Below, piece after piece: positions 11,617 through 24,179 of a DNA stretch of 64,000 nt (its first letter is position 1; each line of letters begins with the position of its first letter). Both the position numbers and the translations under genes were made by a program. The notes under the pieces are model-generated. The model did not search any database, was not told where the DNA came from, and was given only the letters and a program-made list of their open reading frames with translations. Source of the stretch: Macrostomum lignano (lineage: Eukaryota); NCBI GenBank assembly GCA_002269645.1, contig NIVC01003640.1:22208-86207 (forward strand). The letters are read 5' to 3'.

Positions 11617-11704
11617 GAAAACTTGCACAGTAACAAACCCTACGACGAGTCCATTGATATTCCCGACACTGAGGATATAGCCACACCCCGAGTGCCATCG
11701 TTCA
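11617..11704 (+). CDS. IFT46: IFT46 N-terminal coding exon B (ENLHSNKPYDESIDIPDTEDIATPRVPSF)
   Basis: Acceptor TTTCACAG|GAA and donor A|GTAAGA; 88 nt (phase 0 to 1). Clear paralog of exon A (NKPYDESI..D.EDI...TPR). Confidence 0.7.
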
Positions 11705-12274
11705 GTAAGACTATTTCCTTTAGTTTACTCTGCCTGAACAAATTACTGCTTACCCAAACATAATACACTACTATATTGCTGTCTTCAGTAGTATCGTTAG
11801 TACCTCAACGTAATTATGCTTCTCGCACTGCGATGCAAATCTTGCACTTAATTTGCTTAACTCTGAGCATAAATCTTGCACAAATTGCTGCCGCTATCCA
11901 CAACTGTTGCCCCCCCCCCCCCCGGATTGCCCTTGCCACTTTCCACTTTCCAGCATTAATTAATCGGGCCTGAGCAGCAGCTGCCTTGAGCACGCAACAC
12001 CCCCCCTGACTCAAATGACACACAATTATTATGAGCCTAGAAGACATTCTCCTCAATTCCTTCCTGCTCTTCCCGCTCAGCCCGAGCTCCCTACCCGAAG
12101 GGAAAGGGGATCCCAGGCTGAGGCTCCCCCCCCCCGAGCCCGAACCTCTCCCCCTTCCCTCCGCAGATTCCCTAACGAGCTCCGCAGTCCGCACTGCACA
12201 CCTTGCCTATAGGAGGGGCTGGGCAAGACGAAGCTGAGCCACTAAGGTATAATACCGAGGCCAGTCCTCCCCAG

Positions 12275-12513
12275 GGGGGTCAGCTGCTTTTCCAACTTCC
12301 CAAATCCCCATCGCTTCGATGTTGCAGCTTCCCGACCAGCCCCACCTGTGGTTCGGCGAGCAGCAGCTGCGGCCCCCCGCCCGGCTGAAAGTCCTCAGGC
12401 ACCCGCCGCCGCCTCCCGCAGGACCGGGTCGAACTCCAGACAGTCGGCAGCAGCAGCAGCAGCATCTCAGGCCCGGCTCGGAGGACAGCGGCAGCGGAAG
12501 GTCTCAGAGAATG
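12275..12513 (+). CDS. IFT46: Probable low-complexity internal IFT46 exon (frame and acceptor unresolved)
   Basis: Strong donor ATG|GTGAGC at 12513. Phase-1-compatible acceptors at 12274 (CTCCCCAG, Gln/Pro-rich frame) or 12327 (TTGCAG, Ala-rich frame). Confidence 0.4.
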
Positions 12514-12617
12514 GTGAGCTGCGGCAGCTGCAGTCCACGGCCGGATCAAGGAGGGGATGGGAGAGTTCATTTCTAGAGGAATGCAGAGGTTTAGGGAACA
12601 GACGCATTATCTCAAGC

Positions 12618-13084
12618 ACCATCACCATCACTATCACCATCACCATCCCCATCACCATCACCATCCCCATCACCATCCCCATCACCATCCCCATCACCAT
12701 CCCCATCACCATCCCCATCACCATCCCCATCACCATCCCCATCCATCCCCATCACCATCTCCATCACCTCCCCATCACCATCACCATCACCATCACCATC
12801 ACCATCACCATCACCATCACCATCACCATCCCCATCACCATCCCCATCACCATCACCATCACCATCACCATCACCATCACCATCACCATCACCATCCCCA
12901 TCACCATCACCATCCCCATCACCATCACCATCACCATCACCATCACCATCACCATCACCATCACCATCCCCATCACCATCCCCATCACCATCACCATCCC
13001 CATCACCATCCCCATCACCATCACCATCACCATCACCATCCCCATCACCATCACCATCACCATCACCATCACCATCCCCATCAC
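12618..13084. repeat. (CATCAC/CATCCC)n hexamer repeat, ~78 units
   Basis: All three + frames are open (His/Pro, Ile/Thr, Ser/Pro). The His/Pro frame runs into the IFT46 core ORF. Confidence 0.96.
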
Positions 13085-13090
13085 CGACAG

Positions 13091-14470
13091 CAGCAGCAGC
13101 CGCAGCAGCAGCCGCGAGCTCCGGCCCGCTCGCCAACCGAGGAGGAGGACGATGACGAGAGCGGCTCCGAGAGCGGTGAGGAATCTGAGGAGGATGACAC
13201 GCAGCCGATCGAGGGCGCGTACAACCCCGAGGACTACAGGGACGTGAGCGCCAGCCACCCGGAGTTCGCCGAGCTGTTCGACTACATCAAGCGCTACACG
13301 CCGCAGCACATCGAGCTGGACCACCGCCTCAAGCCGTTCATCCCGGACTTCATCCCGGCCGTGGGCGACATCGACGCCTTCATCAAGGTGCCGCGGCCGG
13401 ACTCGAAGCCGGACCAGCTGGGCCTGCGGATGCTGGACGAGCCGTGCGCCAGCCAGTCCGACCCCACCGTGCTGGACCTGCAGCTGCGCGCTGTCGGCAA
13501 GCTGCTGGTGTCCAAGAAGACGCAGGTGTCCCGGGTGGAAAACGCCGAACGGAATCCGCACGCAATTGAAAAATGGATCTCCAGCATCTCGGAGCTGCAC
13601 AAGCACAAGCAGCCGCCAACGGTGAACTACACCAAGCCCATGCCCGACATTGAGCAGCTCATGAGCGAGTGGCCGCCCGAGATTGAGGAGCTGCTTAAGG
13701 AGGTCGGGCTGCCCACCTCGGATCTGGAGTGCGACCTGCCCGCCTTCTGCGACATCGTCTGTGGTGGGTTGCGATTGGGTGGCTCATGGGTGCTTGAACA
13801 ACCTGTATAAACACAGGGGCACTCAGGTGCGGACCACAGGACGCTAGAACACACGGTGCACAGGACGCTAACGCAGGATGTACAGGACGCTAACACACGA
13901 TGCACAGGACGCTAACGCAGGGTGTACAGGATGCTAGCACAGGTTGTACAGGGACGCTAACGCAGGGTGTACAGGATGCTAGCACAGGTTGTACAGGGAC
14001 GCTAACGCAAGGTTTACAGGACGCTAACGGAGGGTGTGCAGGGACGCTAATGCTGGGTGTACAGGACGCTAACACAGGTTGTACAGGACGCTAACACAGG
14101 TTGTACAGGACGCTAACACAGGTTGTACAGGACGCTAACACATGTTTTACAGGGACGCTAACGGAGGGTGTGCAGGGACGCTAATGCTAGGTGTACAGGG
14201 ATGCTAACACATGGTACAGAGACGCTAACACTAAGATAAGCCGCCTTTTTCGCCTTAGCAACTGGCATCCCTCTGCTCCCCCTCGCAGGCCTGCTGGACA
14301 TCCCAGTCTACAAGAGCCGGGTGCAGTCCCTGCACGTGCTGTTCACCCTCTACTCGACCTTCGCCAACTCGCAGCACTTCCGCAGCCTGGCCGAGGGCAA
14401 CAGGCTGGACAACCGGCTGAAGCAGCAGCCCCAGCAGCGGGAGAACTCCGACTATGACGGTTTTAACTGA
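13091..14470 (+). CDS. IFT46: Intraflagellar transport protein 46, core and last exons (13091-13763 and 14289-14470)
   Basis: Acidic tract, then EGAYNPEDY...[40 protein letters not shown]...LDEP...QSDPTVL...[11 protein letters not shown], and [29 protein letters not shown], matching IFT46 as recalled. Phase-1 GT-AG intron 13764-14288; stop TGA at 14468-14470. The 5' boundary of the core exon is uncertain. Confidence 0.96.
13815..14235. repeat. 22-23-bp minisatellite in the last IFT46 intron
   Basis: Unit ~GCTAAC(A/G)CAGG(T/G)TGTACAGGAC, with a 45-bp dimeric variant. Confidence 0.9.
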
Positions 14471-15049
14471 CAGCCTGTCTTGACCTTGTCAGTGTGCAAA
14501 CAGTTTTTTTAGTTTTCCTTCTATCCTAGAATCTGCCACCTCTTCTGCTTGTTCAAAATAATACACTGGAAACTGACTGATAAGCTCAGTTTAATCGGCA
14601 CCGAATAATTTAATTATCGTCTACATTTTAGGCATTTTTTTCAAACAGTTCTACTAACAAGTAGAGTATTCAGAGCACGATAAAAATTAAATCAAGTAAA
14701 AAAACACGACAAAATGAGATTGATGTTGTGAAGCTCCTGAATTTAATGAAAATTTCACCCAATGTCAGGCAGTCACTGGTGAGGCTTCAGGTCGAGTTTC
14801 TGACCGCATGCTCTTGAAAAAACAAATTGTTGCATATTATACGGCCAAGCTGGGATACTTGCTGCTCAGGTATTGCACTGGCTTCACTTTTGATGTGAAT
14901 CTTATTAGTCTTTGCTTTGTCAATAATCTTATTATTTAATTAGTTCCACTTTTGAGCTTTCATAACAGCCTGCTTATAACATTGCCATGTTCTTCTATAT
15001 TCTATATTCTACTCGTAGCGGGCAATGAACTGCTACTGGGGTCATAGGC

Positions 15050-15650
15050 AGCTGTACTTGGGTCATAGACAGCTAGTGGGGTCATAGATAGCTAGTGGGG
15101 TCATAGACAGCTAGTGGGGTCATAGACAGCTAGTGGGGGTCATAGACAGCTGGTGGGGGTCATAGACAGCTAGTGGGGGTCATAGACAGCTGGAGGGAGT
15201 TATAGACAGCTAGTGGGGGTCATAGACAGCTAGTGGGGGTCATAGACAGCTAGTGGGGTAATAGACAGCTAGTGGGGTCATAGACAGCTAGTGGGGGTCA
15301 TAGACAGCTAGTGGGGGTCATAGACAGCTAGTGGGGGTCATAGACAGCTAGTGGGGGTCATAGACAGCTAGTGGGGTCATAGACAGCTAGTGGGGGTCAT
15401 AGACAGCTAGTGGGGGTCATAGACAGCTAGTGGGGGTCATAGACAGCTAGTGGGGTCATAGACAGCTGGTGGGTGTCATAGACAGCTAGTGGGGGTCATA
15501 GACAGCTGGTGGGAGTTATAGACAGCTGGTGGGGGTCATAGACAGCTAGTGGGGGTCATAGACAGCTAGTGGGGGTCATAGACAGCTGGTGGGAGTTATA
15601 GACAGCTAGTGGGATCATAGAGAACTATTGGAGGTCAAAGACAGCTAGTG
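15050..15650. repeat. 20-21-bp minisatellite
   Basis: Unit GTCATAGACAGCTAGTGGGG(G). Confidence 0.96.
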
Positions 15651-16032
15651 GTGGTCATAAGGCTTTCATATAAAGAAATTTTTGCCCAGGTATTGTCGCA
15701 AGTTCAGTTTCGACTGGCCTCAGACAGCAGAGCAAGCCGCCATCAACTGCCCTGCCGATGTTTCCTGCCCATTATCAAACAATGGGATTCCGCACTATTC
15801 TGGCTGGAGCAAAGGAGGGTCCCGGACATTCCGAGAGATATTTCTGATGTTCATAAATCAGGTTAAGAAAAACAAGCTTGCAAAAGACTCTAAAAATCTG
15901 CTTTCAAAAAGATTTATTGTCCGGATATAACGCCTTACTATCTGGATTAGTTGGATTAGTAGGTAAATTTTTCAAAGGTTTGGTAGCTTGATAGTCTGCT
16001 GGATTTCAAGCTCACTCGTAATCGATATGCTA

Positions 16033-16676
16033 GCTAGCTAGATAGATAATCCGATAGGTTAGTAACTAGATAATCCGATAGACTAGTAGCTAGATAATCC
16101 GATAGGTTAGTAACTAGATAATCCGATAGATTAGTAGCTAGATAATCCGATAGGTTAGTAACTAGATAATCCGATAGACTAGTAGCTAGATATTCCGATA
16201 GACTAGTAGCTAGATAATCCGATAGACTAGTAGCTAGATAATCCGATAGATTAGTAGCTAGATAATCCGATAGGTTAGTAGCTAGATAATCCGATAGACT
16301 AGTAGCTAGATAATCCGATAGATTAGTAGCTAGATAATCCGATAGGTTAGTAGCTAGATAATCCGATAGATTAGTAGCTAGATAATCCGATAGATTAGTA
16401 GCTAGATAATCCGATAGATTAGTAGCTAGATAATCCGATAGGTTAGTAGCTAGATAATCCGATAGACTAGTAGCTAGATAATCCGATAGATGAGTAGCTA
16501 GATAATCTGATAGATTAGTAGCTAGATAATCTGATAGATGAGTAGCTAGATAATCCGATAGATTAGTAGCTAGATAATCCGATAGATTAGTAGCTAGATA
16601 ATCCGATAGATGAGTAGCTAGATAATCCGATAGATTAGTAGCTAAATAATCCGATAGATGAGTAGCTAGATAATCC
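16033..16676. repeat. 24-bp minisatellite (~27 copies)
   Basis: Unit AGCTAGATAATCCGATAGATTAGT. The DYLATNLS ORF is an artefact. Confidence 0.97.
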
Positions 16677-17044
16677 AACCGCAGGCTGCACATTTCGCTG
16701 GAACAGCAAACTGCTGATTTTCAGCAAGCCGTTAAAGGCCGAAAATTTGAGTCAAAACACAAAACGGTGTCGGAACTTGGAGAGCCTCTTCAAAACTGAT
16801 TGTGGCTTACGAAGAAAATGCGTAGAAATTTTTCTTAATTTTTTCTTGAACCATTGATTTTCTTTTCTGCCTCGTGACCTCCAGGCTGAGCCGGGGATCG
16901 GATTGCGCCCCCCTCGCTGACGGCGCCTCCCAGGCCAGCAACGAACAATCAGAACAGAAGCGCGGAAACAACCTCCGAGACAAAATGAAAAAAAAGGTCA
17001 GGAACTTTAATAATAGAAATTTTTTTCCTACCTTCAAACCAAAA

Positions 17045-18295
17045 AGCACCCCTGACATCAAAATGGCACTCCTGACATCAAAATGCACCCCTGACATCAA
17101 AATGGCACCCCTGACATCAAAATGGCACCCCTGACATCAACATGGCACCCCTGACATCAACATGGCACCCCTGACATCAACATGGCACCCCTGACATCAA
17201 AATGGCACCCCTGACATCAAAATGGCACATCTGACAAAAAAGGGCACCCCTGACATCAAAATGGCACCCCTGACATCAACATGGCGCCCCTGACATAGAA
17301 ATGGCGCCCCTGACATAGAAATGGCGCCCCTGACATAGAAATGGCACCCCTGACATAGAAATGGCGCTCCTAACATAGAAATGGCGCCCCTGACATAGAA
17401 ATGCCACCCCTGACATAGAAATGCCACCCCTGACATAGAAATGGCGCCCCTGACATAGAAATGCCACTCCTGACATAGAAATGCTACCTCTGACATAGAA
17501 ATGGCGCCCCTGACATATAAATGGCACCCCTGACATAGAAATGGCGCCCCTGACATAGAAATGGCACCCCTGAAATCAAAACGGCACCCCTGGAATCAAA
17601 ATGGCACCCCTGACATCAAAATGGCACCCCTGACATCAACATGGCACCCCTGACATCAACATGGCAGCCCTGACATCAAAATGGCACCCCTGACATCAAC
17701 ATGGCACCCCTGACATCAACATGGCACCCCTGACATCAACATGGCAGCCCTGACATCAAAATGGCACCCCTGACATCAACATGGCGCCCCTGACATAGAA
17801 ATGGCGCTCCTAACATAGAAATGGCGCCCCTGACATAGAAATGCCACCCCTGACATAGAAATGCCACCCCTGACATAGAAATGGCGCCCCTGACATAGAA
17901 ATGCCACTCCTGACATAGAAATGCCACCCCTGACATAGAAATGGCGCCCCTGACATAGAAATGGCACCCCTGACATAGAAATGGCGCCCCTGACATAGAA
18001 ATGCCACCCCTGACATAGAAATGGCGCCCCTGACATAGAAATGCCACCCCTGACATAGAAATGGCGCCCCTGACATAGAAATGCCACCCCTGACATAGAA
18101 ATGGCGCCCCTGACATAGAAATGGCACCCCTGACATAGAAATGGCGCCCCTGACATAGAAATGGCACCCCTGACATAGAAATGGCGCCCCTGACATAGAA
18201 ATGCCACCCCTGACATAGAAATGGCACCCCTGAAATCAAAACGGCACCCCTGGAATCAAAATGGCACCCCTGACATCAAAATGGCACCCCTGACT
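17045..18295. repeat. 20-bp minisatellite (~62 copies) with an internal block duplication
   Basis: Unit ATGGCACCCCTGACAT(AG/CA)AA. The rare variant ATGGCGCTCCTAACATAGAA recurs 440 bp apart (17361, 17801). Confidence 0.97.
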
Positions 18296-19627
18296 CACCC
18301 CTGGGACTGCAGAAGTTGCACTCCTGACATCAAGTCAGTCTGTCCTCACTCGGCGACCCTGGAGCAAAGCTTGCAGCAGAGCAAAACGCCAACAAAGGCA
18401 GGACTTGTACGCCTCTGATGATAGCAAAATATCAGCTTACGAAAGAGGGATTTGGTAGCGGAATGATTTCGGGGCAGCCCGGGCTCAGCCCCACCCGGCT
18501 GCCCCTCCTCATGGCAGCTCAACAGAGCCGGAGACAAAAGGATTCGGTTGGGGGGGGGAGCGGATGGGAAGTCTCAAGCGGAGAGGCTCAGGAGGGATTT
18601 TCGATAATCCGCAGCCGCCAGGCTGAGAGCAGGCGTGCAGGGGGCGGCGGCACTCCGGTCGGGCTGTTACTTGGACTGAGCTAATCCAGTAGCGCGCGAT
18701 ATAGTGAGGTTAAAGCGCGTCTTGTAATCGCGCATATAGACGAAGCGCGAACTAACGAAACGCGCAAATTGACAAAGCGCGCACATTGACCAAGCGCGAA
18801 ATGTACAAGTGCGCAATAATTTGAAAGAATTGTGACTGCACTTTCTACAGAACAGCTGCATCAGTTCTGTGGTGACTTGGCTGATCTAGTTGTAGTAGTG
18901 TTGTTACCATGTACTTTATTCAGTGTTTTGGAGTTGGTGTTTTTATCCGTTTCACTACGTGCGCCTTTCTACATGTACAATGTTTCGCTGCACATTCTTA
19001 CTCATGTACGCTCTTGCTCTCCATCCCCAAGTCTTATCCACCCAGTCGTAATCGTGCTCAAAAATTACCTCGTATCAAGCGAATGTCATTCTACCCCGAG
19101 GCGAATACCTGAGATTGGCGCAGACCCTCGCCAGCCAGCTGCAGGGGAAGTCGCCAATTACTTGCCAAAAAAGCTCTCTGACGTCTTTAGCGTTCGGCTT
19201 TCAAGCAAATGAAAAGAAAATTCCCATAAATTCAGCGATTGAATATTGAATTTATTTGACGACAATAAACCGATAGCAGCTGGCTCGCCAGATGGCGCTG
19301 TTCCCTGCACAGAAGCCCTGAACACCACAGTACGGAGAGTACTACGAGTAGAAAGTCCTGGGCCTAAGAGGTCGGGGAACTCGCCAAAACAACAGGTGCT
19401 AAGCAAAGCAGGCTGGAATATTTGAGGCGTGTCAGATGCTCCGGTCTCGCGAGCTTGCATTGATGCCCAGTGAAAAACATCAAACAGAAATTATTTTACA
19501 TGCACAACACAGAGAAACGATCAGTACTCGTAGTCCGATTGCAAAACACAGGTAAAAGTTTATATAAGCTGGTGCTTTCAGTCAATGAGTTTTACACCAA
19601 TATGGAATCGGTATGTTGATCCCTCCA

Positions 19628-19775
19628 CCGGATTGGCTGGCGAGATCGCGGAGGCTGAGGTGGGTGATTCTGTGCTGCCACCTGATTGGCTGGCGAGATC
19701 GCGGAGGCTGAGGTGGGTGATTCTGTGCTGCCACCGGATTGGCTGGCGAGATCGCGGAGCTGAGGTGGGTGACTA
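19628..19775. repeat. ~55-bp tandem repeat (about 2.6 copies) downstream of the GPCR
   Basis: GATTGGCTGGCGAGATCGCGGAGGCTGAGGTGGGTGATTCTGTGCTGCC is repeated. Confidence 0.85.
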
Positions 19776-19852
19776 AATGGTCCAGCTTGATTGGCTGAAT
19801 CTAGACAAAATTTATCAAACTCAGCCTCGCACGCCTTGGGAGGCCTGATGGC

Positions 19853-20883
19853 TCAGACGGGCCGCCTGGCTCGGTTCGCCCTGGCCCGGCCTGTCCTGGC
19901 CAGGATCTGGTACAGCCCGCGCCGGAAGCTCTCAGACAGGCAGCTGTAGATGGCGGGGTTGGCGCAGGCGTTGCAATAGGACAGCAGGATGGTCAGCTGG
20001 TTGAAGCGGTTCAGCGCCATCAGGTTGGCGGCCGAGACGTCGGGCAGGAAGAACACCCGACAGACGAAGAAGGCGGTGACGATGTCGGCGACGTGCAGCG
20101 GCAGCCAGCAGATGAAGAAGGAGAAGACCAGCGCCACAACCAGGGCGATGACGCGCCGACTGTTGGCGGCGCCGCGGTGCCGGCCGAAGCGCCACAGGCG
20201 GCGCAGCATCCGCACCGAGCAGAAGGCGATGATGACGAACGGCACGGCGTAGCCCAGCGTGGCGCGGCCGGCGAACAGGCCGATCTTGAGCGGACCGTAC
20301 TGCTCAGACAGCTCGTAGGTGCAGACGCCATTCTTCACCCGGTACACCAGCGGCCAGGGCAGCGCCACCAGTACGGCGCCGGCCCACAGAGCGCCTGCGT
20401 AGCGCGGAGCGGCGGCCGCGCGCTGGGAGCCGCGCATCGAGCCCGCCACTCCTCGGCCGGCGGCGCTGCCGAGGCCGGAGACGGACAGGCAGCGGTCGAC
20501 GGCCATGGCGGTGAGGAAGGCGGCGGAGGCGTGCATGGCCAGCGGCTGCAGGAAGTGCAGAAGTTTGCACATGGGGTCACCCAGAGGCCAGGCACTGGCC
20601 CAGAAGAACACGATGGTGTGCACCGGGGCGCAGATGGCCAGGAAGAACAGGTCGGCGGCGGCAAGGTGGGTCACGTAAGTGTGCACCGCGGACCGGCGAT
20701 ACTGCCTGGCACGGATGCTGACCAGGAGGATGAGGCTGTTTCCAAGGAGACCGGCGGAGGTCACCAGCAGGTAGACAGCCACAATGACGTTGTCTCCGGT
20801 TTGAGAGATCTCAGACAGGCGCTCGAGGTGGTTCTCGATGCTGACGCCGCAGTGCCATTTCCCTTCGTGGTCGGAGAGGTTCG
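19853..20883 (-). CDS. Rhodopsin-family neuropeptide GPCR, galanin/allatostatin-A receptor-like (main 7TM exon; N-terminal exon not located)
   Basis: GN (TM1), LAAAD (TM2), WPLGDPMC, DRC (TM3), W (TM4), GYAVP (TM5), CWLP (TM6), NACANPAIY (TM7), FRRGL helix 8. Acceptor CCTTTCGCAG at 20884, phase 1. The upstream MGHTQLGSYT part of the ORF is repeat-derived. Confidence 0.88.
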
Positions 20884-20917
20884 CTGCGAAAGGAGGGGGC
20901 GGGGACGGGACGAGCTG

Positions 20918-21680
20918 TGTATGACCCAAGCTGTGTATGACCCAAGCTGTGTATGACCTAAGCTGTGTATGAGCCAAGCCGTGTATGAGCCAAGCTGTGT
21001 ATGAGCCAAGCCGTGTATGAGCCAAGCTGTGTATGACCCAAGCTGTGTATGACCCAAGCTGTGTATGACCCAAGCTGTGTATGACCCAAGCTGTGTATGA
21101 CCCAAGCTGTGTATGACCCAAGCTGTGTATGACCCAAGCTGTGTATGACCCAAGCTGTGTATGACCTAAGCTGTGTATGACCCAAGCTGTGTATGACCTA
21201 AGCTGTGTATGACCTAAGCTGTGTATGACCTAAGCCGTGTATGACCCAAGCTGTGTATGACTCAAGCTGTGTATGACCTAAGCTGTGTATGACCCAAGCT
21301 GTGTATGACCCAAGCTGTGTATGACCCAAGCTGTGTATGACCCAAGCTGTCTGTGGCCCAAGCTGTCTGTGGCCCAAGCTGTCCGTGGCCCAAGCTGTCT
21401 GTGGCCCAAGCTGTCCGTGGCCCAAGCTGTCTGTGGCCCAAGCTGTCTGTGACCCAAGCTGTCTGTGACCCAAGCTGTCTGTGACCCAAGCTGTCTGTGG
21501 CCCAAACTGTCTGTGGCCCAAGCTGTCTGTGACCCAAGCTGTCTGTGGCCCAAGCTGTCTGTGGCCCAAGCTGTCTGTGACCCAAGCTGTCTGTGGCCCA
21601 AGCTGTCTGTGACCCAAACTGTCTGTGGCCCAAGCTGTCTGTGACCCAAACTGTCTGTGGCCCAAGCTGTCTGTGGCCTA
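20918..21680. repeat. 16-bp minisatellite in two variant domains, upstream of the GPCR main exon
   Basis: CCAAGCTGTGTATGAC (20918-21347), then CCAAGCTGTCTGTG(G/A)C (21348-21680). Confidence 0.97.
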
Positions 21681-22125
21681 AGTAAATGGTCAGTATACTG
21701 TGTGTTACGCAAAAGTTATTTATGACCCAAGCTGCCGAAGATATGATCTGCGACTTCAACTGTCGATGACTGAAGCCCCAGAGTTTCTCGTGACGGCCCA
21801 ATAGTGAGTCATGCAAACTGCCCGAACGGATCAGACGAGCAGTCGTCTTTTTGAAGAGAATTTTTCTTGAATTTTATATTAGGTTGTAATTAGGAAAAAT
21901 TCAGTCTTCAGAATGCAGGAAGTCATTAGGCATTCAAGGCAGAAGCACTGAAAGGCAAAGGCGCCCGTTGGAAAATCATTGACAGAGGCGGGTACAGGTG
22001 GTGGGGGTTCATACAAAGGTCAAAGCCGTCTTCGGACAGCTGTGCACCTGCTGCTCCGGGGACTCTAATCACGTGCACCGCGTGACCCAGCCCGTAGCCG
22101 ATATCTGCAAAGCAAGTTTCCGCTG

Positions 22126-22340
22126 GCCGATGACTGCAGTGGCTTCATCAGATCATCACTACAGGGTTGCCGATGACTGCAGTGGCTTCATCAGATCATC
22201 ACTACAGGGTTGCCGATGACTGCAGTGGCTTCATCAGATCATCACTACAGGGTTGCCGATGACTGCAGTGGCTTCATCAGATCATCACTACAGGGTTGCC
22301 GATGACTGCAGTGGCTTCATCAGATCATCACTACAGGGTT
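22126..22340. repeat. 43-bp tandem repeat, 5 near-perfect copies
   Basis: Unit GCCGATGACTGCAGTGGCTTCATCAGATCATCACTACAGGGTT, with no spacers between copies. Confidence 0.97.
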
Positions 22341-22900
22341 GCAAATTTTGCAGCCTGCAAATAAAATTTACGACTGTGGGAAAAATGCTCGGGAAAGCGG
22401 AACTTCAACTTCAGCTGCTTAAGCCGCCTTCCCCATCGGAGTGCCGTGATGCTGAGAATCAATTCCGACTCGGCATTGAGACGGGAAATGAATTGGGGAT
22501 TCAATTTCAAAGAATCAAAGGCAGAACTGCGCATTGTTCAAAGCAGCGACGCTTCGGCCTTGTCAAAGGATTTGCTGGCAAATTTTCAAAAATTCCAGGG
22601 AAGCTGAGCCACCGGCCCACGCAGCGGCTTCTCAGTGATGGAGCCGCTAGAGACATTTCGGAAAATATTTTGCTAGAATCCTTCCCAGCCTCCTCAGCTT
22701 CATCGGATAGAGGTCCGGATTGAGGGCAGTTCGGCCTCAGTGATGCTTGGCAGTGCCGGGGATGCGGGGCCAAGACAGGAGGACGTCAGCCCCGCTGTCA
22801 CGAGACCCGCACTGGTGCAGCAAGCGAAATTCCAACTGGAAATGCGAGCCGTCATGACCTCCTCACATCCCACCAGATCAGTGGCAGCAGCGTCAGGAAG

Positions 22901-24179
22901 CAGTCAGCAGTGTGTCAGACAGCACAGTCAGCAGTGTGTCAGATAGCACACAGTCAGCAGTGTGTCAGACAGCACACAGTCAGCAGTGTGTCAGATAGCA
23001 CACAGTCAGCAGTGTGTCAGACAGCACAGTCAGCAGTGTGTCAGACAGCACAGTCAGCAGTGTGTCAGATAGCACACAGTCAGCAGTGTGTCAGATAGCA
23101 CACAGTCAGCAGTGTGTCAGATAGCACACAGTCAGCAGTGTGTCAGACAGGACAGTCAGCAGTGTGTCAGATAGCACACAGTCAGCAGTGTGTCAGATAG
23201 CACACAGTCAGCAGTGTGTCAGATAGCACACAGTCAGCAGTGTGTCAGACAGCACAGTCAGCAGTGTGTCAGACAGCACAGTCAGCAGTGTGTCAGATAG
23301 CACACAGTCAGCAGTGTGTCAGACAGGACAGTCAGCAGTGTGTCAGATAGCACACAGTCAGCAGTGTGTCAGACAGGACAGTCAGCAGTGTGTCAGATAG
23401 CACACAGTCAGCAGTGTGTCAGACAGGACAGTCAGCAGTGTGTCAGATAGCACACAGTCAGCAGTGTGTCAGACAGGACAGTCAGTGTGTCAGACAGGAC
23501 AGTCAGTGTGTCAGACAGGACAGTCAGTGTGTCAGACAGGACAGTCAGTGTGTCAGACAGGACAGTCAGTGTGTCAGACAGGACAGTCAGTGTGTCAGAC
23601 AGGACAGTCAGTGTGTCAGACAAGACAGTCAGTGTGTCAGACAGGACAGTCAGTGTGTCAGAAAGGACAGTCAGTGTGTCAGACAGGACGGTCAGCAGTG
23701 TGTCAGACAGCACAGTCAGTGTGTCAGACAGGACAGTCAGCAGTGTGTCAGACAGGACAGTCAGTGTGTCAGACAGGACAGTCAGCAGTGTGTCAGACAG
23801 GACAGTCAGTGTGTCAGACAGGACAGTCAGTGTGTCAGACAGGACAGTCAGTGTGTCAGAAAGGACAGTCAGTGTGTCAGACAGGACAGTCAGTGTGTCA
23901 GACAGCTCAGTCAGTGTGTCAGACAGGACAGTCAGTGTGTCAGACAGGACAGTCAGTGTGTCAGACAGGACAGTCAGTGTGTCAGACAGCTCAGTCAGTG
24001 TGTCAGACAGGACAGTCAGTGTGTCAGACAGGACAGTCAGTGTGTCAGAAAGGACAGTCAGTGTGTCAGACAGGACAGTCAGTGTGTCAGACAGCTCAGT
24101 CAGTGTGTCAGACAGGACAGTCAGTGTGTCAAACAGGACAGTCAGTGTGTCAGATAGGACAGTCAGTGTGTCAGACAGC
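22901..24179. repeat. 21-26-bp minisatellite (GTCAG(CAG)TGTGTCAGACAG core)
   Basis: 24-26-mers in the first half and 21-mers in the second half. An inverted relative lies at 26714-26945. Confidence 0.96.
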
